The translations under genes and the position numbers were made by a program. The notes under the pieces were generated by a model. It saw only the letters and a program-made list of their open reading frames with translations. It did not search any database and was not told the DNA's origin. Positions 57,412 to 64,000 of a stretch of DNA of 64,000 nt are shown here, piece by piece. This DNA comes from Desulfurococcaceae archaeon (GTDB taxonomy: Archaea; Thermoproteota; Thermoprotei_A; Sulfolobales; Desulfurococcaceae), in contig JAWBAI010000008.1 of NCBI GenBank assembly GCA_038816475.1, forward strand, positions 1,176-65,175. Reading direction: 5' to 3'. How positions within the stretch are numbered: position 1 is the first letter of the stretch; each line of letters begins with the position of its first letter.

Positions 57412-57461
57412 GTGATGAGAACCCGGCAAGAATGAGCGGTGATTATTCAGAGTTTCGCTGA
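57412..57461 (+). ncRNA. candidate C/D box sRNA
   Basis: GTGATGA, 13 nt, ATGA, gcg, GTGATTA, ttcagagtttcg (12), CTGA; TATA-like tttaaggtata about 20 nt upstream; overlaps the ORF-track GTG start at 57439. Confidence 0.55.
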
Positions 57462-57507
57462 GGAGGGGGGTATTCTGATTAACGGACGCGTTTTCACTGC
57501 TAGTTTA

Positions 57508-59343
57508 ATGCTTTTGATGGTTATCTTAAGCTCTCTTACATCGTTCGTGGAAGCTCTTCTCACTCAAGGAGATCATGGTGTTATTAGTTGCAGAGTACCC
57601 TTGCTGGCGTACCATAAGAGAACAGGAGAAGGAATAGTTGTTGAAACGGAGATAAGGATATCGCGCAGAAAACCCGGCGTGGTACTCGGCGTTGAAGCTA
57701 ACCGCGGTATGGTTTCCGAGGATACCCTCGAGTCCTTTAAGTTAGCAGCTTTATACGCATCTACACTTTTAAACACATCACCACTGGATTACACATTTAG
57801 TTTACGTGTTGATTCCCAGGTGGAGGGTTTAAGTGCTACTCTTGGGTTCTTTACAACACTTCTCGTAATGCTTAGAACGGGTTCATGCAAACCCGATTAC
57901 ACAGGTACAGGCTTGATAATCCCAGGTGGTATTGTAGGACCCGTTGGTAAACTGGAAGAGAAGATCAAAGCTGCTTCGGGAGCAAACTTAGATACGGTGT
58001 ATGTTCCCAGATTGCAGCTCGGACAACTAGGTGAGGTCCCGGAGTTCGTGGAAGGTGTTTACACTGTTCTTGAAGTCTACGAGAAGGTGCTGAACACTAG
58101 TATAGAGCAGGCGAGTATAGACCCACTAGTTACCTACAGTTACCATGGTTACTTCGTAGAAGCGTACTTCGACATGCTGAACAGTACTAGAAGACTACTT
58201 GATGTTCTCGAGGAAATTAACTGGACGGACACGAAATTAACCACCTCACTTAGGTTGCTTGAACGAGCTGAGAAAGCTTACAATGCGAGTAAGTACTATG
58301 TTGCAGCTTCGCGTGCATACGGTGCTTTCGTGAGTGCTCTTGCATCTTATCTGGATTACCTAGCGAATAGCAAACCAGAGGTTTTCAGCAGTACTGTCAG
58401 TACAATGCTCGATGAAGTTAACAAAACTCTCGACTACACGCAAGTAAAGCTACATGAGCTAGCCAATTACGCTTTCTACAGTAAGGGAAAGAACGATACA
58501 AGTGTAATCCTAGTGGACGTAGAACTTCTTGATGTACTGGTAAATGCGTACACTCGTTTAATAGAGTCAATGTACTTTATCAACATACTGAGTTCCACTA
58601 ACATCACGCTTGACGCCTTCATAAGTGCTGTTGCTCAAAGCTATGCCCGCGCCAAAACAGTGAGAGCATGGCTTAGTGTTGCAGAGAAACTCATTGAAAC
58701 CAGAAGAATAGTGGGACTTCTCGAAGAAACCACACCTACACGTTTACCACCAGAGCTTGGCATACTGATAGAGACTAGCGCTAGATACTTAAACTACATG
58801 CTTCAGAAACCGCAAAACCTAGTCATCATGGGAGAACAAGGACTTGAAGCATATGAGTTTATCTCTGAGCTATCGAGTATATTGTTCACAGTAGGTATGA
58901 TCTACAGGTCTAACATCTATCCCGAATGGTCTTTAAACGTAACACTGGATGATGTAGCTGAAATTCGCAGATCGCTACTAAAGCTCATCAACCTCTTGTA
59001 CAATGAGAGTGGTAAAGTAGCCATATATCCAGTACTTTTACTGGAGCTTGTTGATGATCACCTCGAGTTCCAGGAGGAAGATGTGCAGAGTGCATTAGTA
59101 CACTTGTTCACCGCATTTACTCACGTCTTCATGTACCTATTCATACACCGCTTACTTCTGCTCAGCGCTAGTAGACAGAGTAATCAAGTTGCGCTTGAAG
59201 TAGGTTTTCGCGGAAGGACATTTGAAGCGCTGCTGATCGCGGTTGTAATGCTCATTACTGGTGTAATAATTACAGTACTATCATTCAGGATAACTAGAGT
59301 CACCTCTTTCTCACATAGTCGAACAGTGTTCGAGTCCTCTTAA
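57508..59343 (+). CDS. paralogous membrane-anchored Lon-like S16 domain protein (divergent active-site motif)
   Basis: same layout as 47263-49164; EGLSATLGFFTTLL (Ser kept, GPSAG degenerated) and GPVGKLEEKIKAASGA (Lys kept); start at ATG 57508 (MLLMVILSS) preferred over 57439. Confidence 0.6.
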   Translation: MLLMVILSSLTSFVEALLTQGDHGVISCRVPLLAYHKRTGEGIVVETEIRISRRKPGVVLGVEANRGMVSEDTLESFKLAALYASTLLNTSPLDYTFSLRVDSQVEGLSATLGFFTTLLVMLRTGSCKPDYTGTGLIIPGGIVGPVGKLEEKIKAASGANLDTVYVPRLQLGQLGEVPEFVEGVYTVLEVYEKVLNTSIEQASIDPLVTYSYHGYFVEAYFDMLNSTRRLLDVLEEINWTDTKLTTSLRLLERAEKAYNASKYYVAASRAYGAFVSALASYLDYLANSKPEVFSSTVSTMLDEVNKTLDYTQVKLHELANYAFYSKGKNDTSVILVDVELLDVLVNAYTRLIESMYFINILSSTNITLDAFISAVAQSYARAKTVRAWLSVAEKLIETRRIVGLLEETTPTRLPPELGILIETSARYLNYMLQKPQNLVIMGEQGLEAYEFISELSSILFTVGMIYRSNIYPEWSLNVTLDDVAEIRRSLLKLINLLYNESGKVAIYPVLLLELVDDHLEFQEEDVQSALVHLFTAFTHVFMYLFIHRLLLLSASRQSNQVALEVGFRGRTFEALLIAVVMLITGVIITVLSFRITRVTSFSHSRTVFESS

Positions 59344-59959
59344 CCTCTCCAGGAGTAGTACTCAGAGACTCGTCTACGGCTGGTTTAATAACCTCCTTGA
59401 AATCCTTTTCGAGATCCATTCTGAGTGGTGGCTTGTATAGTGCTGATGCTGGGTGATAGGTGGGTATGATACTGGTCTCAAATCCAAGTAGATTAACCTT
59501 GTGAACTTTACCATGGTGTGCTGCCATGTTGATCCACTTCAATCCTGCAAGCCTGAAGAGTATTCTACCGGAGTGTCTACCGAGTGCAACGATAACTCTT
59601 GGTTTTAGTAACTCTAGCTGCTTTATGAGATATGGTAAACATGCTTCGATTTCATCATCCTCGGGATCCCTGTTACCAGGTGGTCTACACTTAACAACGT
59701 TGGTAATGTAGAAGTCCTCTCGCTTATAACCTATAGACTCTATGAGCTCTGTTAGCAGCTTTCCAGCAGCTCCAACAAACGGTCTTCCCATTTCGTCTTC
59801 TTTCTCACCGGGAGCTTCTCCAATGAACACTACAGGCGAGTTCTTGTTTCCTTCGCCTGGAACAGCGTTTCTCCTATTAGCGTGTAGTTTGCACTTTCTG
59901 CAGTTCAGTATCTCCTTCTCCAGCTCATCCCAGCTACTTGTGCTCAAAGCATAAAACAC
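59300..59959 (-). CDS. udg: family 4 uracil-DNA glycosylase (Fe-S)
   Basis: CRKCKLH, GEAPGEKEDEMGRPFVGAAG (motif A), VKCRPP, TYHPASALY (motif B). Confidence 0.88.
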   Translation of the reverse strand: MFYALSTSSWDELEKEILNCRKCKLHANRRNAVPGEGNKNSPVVFIGEAPGEKEDEMGRPFVGAAGKLLTELIESIGYKREDFYITNVVKCRPPGNRDPEDDEIEACLPYLIKQLELLKPRVIVALGRHSGRILFRLAGLKWINMAAHHGKVHKVNLLGFETSIIPTYHPASALYKPPLRMDLEKDFKEVIKPAVDESLSTTPGEVKRTRTLFDYVRKR

Positions 59960-60019
59960 CAGGTGTTCTCACGAGTAATCCATTGTAGTGTGGTTTCAGG
60001 AGTAGTAATTAACTCTTCA

Positions 60020-60706
60020 CTACGGAAGAAACCCCAGTGTGAAAGAGACAAGTATTACGCAGCTGGATACCAGCGTTATCAGTATGTTATCGTCCACGTG
60101 AGGCGCAAACTCGAAGTGCTCTGCAATCGTGGATGCTATACCTGCGATCAAACCCGGGTACCTAGCGTACAAGTATCCTATGAGAATGGTAACAGCGAGC
60201 ATACCGAGGTTTCCAATCCACGACTTTGTTCTTCTCCCGTACACAACGTTCCTAATAACGCCGGTTACGGCGTCACCAAAGGATATGAAAAGTGGTGGTA
60301 CAACAGCGTAGTAGGGATTTCCTGTTGCAAGCCAAATGATGAGGAGCGAGAAACCCCAGGAGAAGCAGAAATAAACCTCGTATATGTTATCACTGGTTTG
60401 AAACCAGGTCATCAGCTTCCTACTTCTATGCGGTATATACACGATGAATCCCAGGAGAAGCGCGAAGAGGAAGGGTATTAGCGGCGAAGTGAAAAGATAG
60501 GGTACCAGTAGTGCTGTTACACCACCCGCAAGCATGTGAATTATCTTCCTGTTGTAGTACACAGCAACATTGTGCCTAAGGTTTAGCTTAGTTAGTAACC
60601 TGTACGTGATCTTCGTTAAACCCAGTGTAGCTATAACCATTGAGAGGAGAGCTAATGCATAGAGAAACTCTCTCAGTGGATCCTGGGGCAAGATCATTCG
60701 AATCAC
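60020..60706 (-). CDS. polytopic membrane protein, dolichol/polyprenol kinase-like (CTP-transferase PF01148-like)
   Basis: 228 aa, 6-7 TMs; NRKIIHMLAGG and FGDAVTGVIR motifs resemble dolichol/phytol kinases. Confidence 0.45.
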   Translation of the reverse strand: MIRMILPQDPLREFLYALALLSMVIATLGLTKITYRLLTKLNLRHNVAVYYNRKIIHMLAGGVTALLVPYLFTSPLIPFLFALLLGFIVYIPHRSRKLMTWFQTSDNIYEVYFCFSWGFSLLIIWLATGNPYYAVVPPLFISFGDAVTGVIRNVVYGRRTKSWIGNLGMLAVTILIGYLYARYPGLIAGIASTIAEHFEFAPHVDDNILITLVSSCVILVSFTLGFLP

Positions 60707-60947
60707 TCAGTACTATAAAGCTATGGTGCTATAGTCTAGATCACGGCCTTTAAACTTAAAAATCTTACAGATACCTGTAGAGGTTTACCGCGGTGCATTG
60801 TTCGTGAAGCTTGAGGTCTGCGTTTCTGACGGTGGAAGTAGAGTTTGTTCTACGGAACCATGGCTTGATCTTGCCTTGAGAATCTGTAGGGGTGTTGAGA
60901 ACTCAGTTAAGCTTGCATCCAGGGTTTCACTCTACAGGAGGCTATTA

Positions 60948-61532
60948 ATGAAGATTCTCGGGCTTAAACCCTTGGAGACCATTGGTGATAAGATCGTATG
61001 GGCTGTTGTAAACAACGGGGAGAGTCTCCTAGAGGTAGAGCTAAAGGGTGATGACTGGTACCTAGTTTACTCGAGAAAGCTACCAAGAGTAATTGCACTC
61101 GCTTTAGCAGAACCCACGAGAGTAGCTATGTTCATGCTTGTTGGCGTCTCAGGTGTACCGGTTAACCTCGCGGTAGCAGTCTACGTTCACAGTAGACTTT
61201 CAGCAATACTCGGTTTACTTGCTAACCCGCTTGCATCAACAGCGGGTTTTGAAGCCAGTGTTCTCTGGAACTTTACGTTACACGAGAAGGTAACCTTCCG
61301 TGGGAGAAAACTCGATAGAACGCTTAAAGGTGTACTTGCTAGACTACTGAAGTACCACGTTGCAAGCGTAATCAGCTACTTATCACAGGTATTAACGGCA
61401 ACACTTCTACCGGCTGTTTTCGGCTTCTCCTTTTGGCTTGCTCAACTACTAGGTATTATTGTAGGGTTTACAGTAAACTTTATTTTAGGCTACGCTTATA
61501 CATGGAGTACGCAGTTGCTTAGAGAGGTGTAA
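60948..61532 (+). CDS. GtrA-family membrane protein with N-terminal extension
   Basis: FMLVGVSGVPVNLAV...AGFEASVLWNFTLHEKVTFRG is a GtrA pattern; ATG at 60948 preceded by ggag. Confidence 0.55.
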   Translation: MKILGLKPLETIGDKIVWAVVNNGESLLEVELKGDDWYLVYSRKLPRVIALALAEPTRVAMFMLVGVSGVPVNLAVAVYVHSRLSAILGLLANPLASTAGFEASVLWNFTLHEKVTFRGRKLDRTLKGVLARLLKYHVASVISYLSQVLTATLLPAVFGFSFWLAQLLGIIVGFTVNFILGYAYTWSTQLLREV

Positions 61533-61535
61533 TCT

Positions 61536-61766
61536 ATGGGGTTAAAGCACAGAAAGTACGTTTACGTTGAGAGAAAGGATGGATACTACGTGAAGATCAG
61601 AGTTCTGAACATCAGGTTTGGAAGGAAGATCGAGGGTGGAGATGTTCAAGACCCAACACGCTATATTTTAACAGGTGTTAAGACGAAGAAGCCACCAAGA
61701 TCAGCTGTTGTAGTAAGCGAGGAGGTTCTTCCACAGCAGGTTAGAGAACTGGTATACACCGTTTAG
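61536..61766 (+). CDS. hypothetical small basic protein
   Basis: 76-aa ORF 3 nt after the previous stop. Confidence 0.4.
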   Translation: MGLKHRKYVYVERKDGYYVKIRVLNIRFGRKIEGGDVQDPTRYILTGVKTKKPPRSAVVVSEEVLPQQVRELVYTV

Positions 61767-61778
61767 CGTGAGTGCTTC

Positions 61779-62072
61779 TTGACAGAGGATGTTGTGAACC
61801 TGGTAAAGAGCCATCTAAGCAAAGCAGTCTACGAAAAGCAAGGACGCTACACGCTGATCGTCGGTGAGTTCAACGGAGTTAAAGTAGTTGTTTGCATAGC
61901 CGAGAACTACGCTAAGGTCATGCTCGAGGAAGACGTACCAACACTCAACTGCAGAGAAGCCGAGTACAGTCCAGCTGGTTTATACGCGTTCTCCGAGAAA
62001 CCAGAAAACCTCCCATCAAAGATAGCAGAGAAAATAAGTACACTGATCTCTAGAAAACGAAGACTCAATTAA
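61779..62072 (+). CDS. hypothetical small protein
   Basis: 97-aa ORF, TTG start, tightly packed after the previous ORF. Confidence 0.35.
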   Translation: MTEDVVNLVKSHLSKAVYEKQGRYTLIVGEFNGVKVVVCIAENYAKVMLEEDVPTLNCREAEYSPAGLYAFSEKPENLPSKIAEKISTLISRKRRLN

Positions 62073-62302
62073 TCTATGCCCGTAGATCGAACACCTGTGT
62101 TCTTAATTCGGATCTAATGTCTTTCTTCGAATTGAGCTCGAATAATTAGGAATGCACAATCGAATAGTATTCACTCTTTGCCTCTAAGATAACTGTGAAA
62201 AACTCAAAGAGCTGTACGGTTAAACGTACTATCTCAAGCAGAATATTCCAAAAATTAATAAATTTACCTTGTGAAAATTGATAAGCGGGAAAGAGATTGC
62301 CT

Positions 62303-62758
62303 ATGCCAAAGTATTTATCAATAATAATTCTCGTTACTCTACTCGCAACGGTTCTCGGTGTGGTTTTGTGGGGTACCTTAGGTTTTATTAGGTGTGAAGT
62401 CGAGTTTGTAGGTTACGAACTGGAGTACATGAATCCGTACTACATGAGGTTTTACATATTGGTCAAAGTCACGAACCCCAGCTGGACCAAGGTGACGGTT
62501 AATCGTGTTGATTGGAGACTGTACTGGAAGGGTAAACTCGTTGATGGGGGTTCTTACAAAACTTATTATGAGGTACATCCGGGTGTGACAACATTTATTC
62601 GGGTGCCAGTTGAGCTCCATCGAGACGACCTTATTGAAAAGATAGGGATTGATGCGCACATAATATGGGAAGAAGCAGAGAACAGGTCATTGCTATGGAG
62701 TGTAAGCGGTAAGGTCTACGTGGCAGTAGCGTACTGGGAGCACGAGTTCAGAGGGTAA
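62303..62758 (+). CDS. LEA_2/WHy-like (LEA14 fold) membrane-anchored protein
   Basis: N-terminal TM, then ILVKVTNPSWTKVTVNRVDWRLYWKGKLVDGG...HPGVTTFIRVPVEL, typical of the NDR1/HIN1/LEA_2 pattern. Confidence 0.5.
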   Translation: MPKYLSIIILVTLLATVLGVVLWGTLGFIRCEVEFVGYELEYMNPYYMRFYILVKVTNPSWTKVTVNRVDWRLYWKGKLVDGGSYKTYYEVHPGVTTFIRVPVELHRDDLIEKIGIDAHIIWEEAENRSLLWSVSGKVYVAVAYWEHEFRG

Positions 62759-63094
62759 GAAACCGGCGGGAACACCCAAGAAGTACATAATCTTAGAGTT
62801 TGAAATACGAGGTGCTCTGCGAAGTCTCGAACGCCCTAAGAGATAGGGAAGACCTATAACAGGAAACGTGAACAAAAGCGAAACAAAGTCTTCCAGCTTA
62901 GGCCCCACGAGAAGCTTTAAGTTGCTAAGCAATCCTATAACAAGAGACTTCATTGAGTACAACAAAGTTGCAGAGAAGACTACCAAGGAGCCAGGAGATT
63001 CGTTGGATCGGTGAACAAAATGACGCTACTCCGGGCAAAGCTCACGGATCTTTCAGTGATAGAGCACATTCAACAGTACTAAACTTTGTTTCTT

Positions 63095-63118
63095 AAAGTA
63101 TTTTTGAAAGTATTTTTG
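63095..63118. repeat. tandem 12-mer duplication
   Basis: aaagtatttttg repeated twice in the promoter region of the downstream SBP gene. Confidence 0.8.
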
Positions 63119-63321
63119 GAGCCTCGCGAGCACAAGCGTAGAGGTCGTCTGAGCCAATAATAACTCTATGTATGTTTCCTCTACTGGGTTAACTATATCA
63201 CCAATATTTAGCCTTTGCGGCTTTTACCGGGCTCTATAGTACCTTGGCCTGAATTAAGCGGCGGAGAGTACGAAGCCAAGTTTTATTACCCCTGGAATCC
63301 GAAAATAGTTAGGGAAATGCG

Positions 63322-64000
63322 ATGTTAAAGGCTATAATCACAAAATCCTTAGCTCTAATTCTCATCATAGTAGTGCTCGTTGTCGCGGTCGCTGTAGGCG
63401 TGTACTTTACGACGAGACCAGCTCCTGCAGGTATCACAGTTAGAGAAATCACGATTGGGGTGATCGAACCGTTAACGGGCAAATATGCGGTATTCGGGCA
63501 GGAAGCTGTATGGGCTGCAGAGCTAGTTGTAGATATAATAAACAACGAATTAGGTGGAGTAAAATCTCTTGGTGGTGCTAAGCTAAGGCTAGTGGTTGAA
63601 GACGCAGGCACTAGCCCCGAAGAAGCTAGATTAGCTGCTGAAAGGTTAATAGCGGCACATAAGCCAAATATAATTATTGGAGCATACATTAGTAGGCTAA
63701 CAGCAGCTGTCGCGGAAGTAACAGAAGCGAATAAAGTTATACTGGTAATGGACGCGCTAGTTGACGCCCTGACTGAAAGAGGCTGGTTATATGTCTTCAG
63801 AATTGCTCCGAAAGCATCTATACACGGTAGAAGTGCTATCCAATTCCTGCTAGACATGGCTAAACAGCATGGTGTTGAATTAAAGAGGATCGTGATCATT
63901 CACGAAGACTCCATTTTTGGTACGTATGTTTCTCAAGGCGCGCACCTGGAGGCTATTGCCAACCGTATAGAGGTCGCTGCGCACATATCATACCCGTACG
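63322..64000 (+). CDS. branched-chain amino acid (LivJ-type) ABC substrate-binding protein, 3'-truncated by the window end
   Basis: own translation: MLKAIITKSLALILIIVVLVVAVAVGVYFTTRPAPAGITVREITIGVIEPLTGKYAVFGQEAVWAAELVVDIINNELGG...; absent from the ORF track because no stop lies within the window. Confidence 0.75.
   Translation, partial: MLKAIITKSLALILIIVVLVVAVAVGVYFTTRPAPAGITVREITIGVIEPLTGKYAVFGQEAVWAAELVVDIINNELGGVKSLGGAKLRLVVEDAGTSPEEARLAAERLIAAHKPNIIIGAYISRLTAAVAEVTEANKVILVMDALVDALTERGWLYVFRIAPKASIHGRSAIQFLLDMAKQHGVELKRIVIIHEDSIFGTYVSQGAHLEAIANRIEVAAHISYPY

Noticed and set aside
59963-60481. 172-aa plus-strand ORF
   Set aside because: It is antisense to the polytopic membrane protein at 60020-60706, whose TM periodicity and motifs are far more convincing.
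62693-62986. 97-aa minus-strand ORF
   Set aside because: Its 3' third overlaps the LEA_2-like gene in antisense. It has a hydrophobic segment but no motif, so support is too weak to call it a gene.
63309-63899. 196-aa minus-strand ORF
   Set aside because: It is a shadow of the LivJ-like SBP gene on the plus strand, and its sequence is low-complexity Ser/Ala/Thr-rich.
1-64000. CRISPR arrays, cas genes, IS elements, rRNA
   Set aside because: No regularly spaced direct repeats, transposase or integrase-like ORFs, or rRNA-like GC-rich blocks were seen on either strand.

Overview
Densely coded archaeal chromosome segment. The gene content (Hjc resolvase, TBP, Taw1, Thi4, IorAB, GPN-loop GTPase, family-4 UDG, ATP-dependent ligase, Pyrococcus-type ferredoxin, Thr-rich C-terminally anchored surface proteins) and leader-poor, overlapping gene organisation fit a hyperthermophilic crenarchaeon. 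A Desulfurococcales-like origin is inference only. I support about 60 protein genes, one tRNA-Lys(CUU), up to six C/D box sRNA candidates found by eye (C box, ~12 nt, D', C', ~12 nt, D box), one decayed PIN/VapC pseudogene, and several hairpins or palindromes. I saw no CRISPR array, rRNA, transposase or integrase. Most of the window is housekeeping: PEP synthase, biotin-dependent acyl-CoA carboxylase parts, thiolase, GalT/GalK, IOR, DNA repair, and an ABC importer. The items most worth follow-up are listed here. (1) A small stand-alone protein (51187-51663) whose motif order resembles a GGDEF/cyclase palm domain. (2) A radical SAM/SPASM enzyme next to a divergent Bud32/RIO-like kinase in an AT-richer patch, with an upstream element that reads either as a canonical C/D sRNA or as a 48-aa coupled ORF. 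(3) A membrane-tethered wHTH regulator with a perfect palindromic operator, next to a secreted beta-propeller, an ATPase-less membrane Lon/S16 protease (with a paralog 8 kb away) and HtpX. (4) C/D sRNA candidates sitting in the 5' leaders of same-strand ORFs. All domain calls rest on motif recognition by eye; no searches were run.
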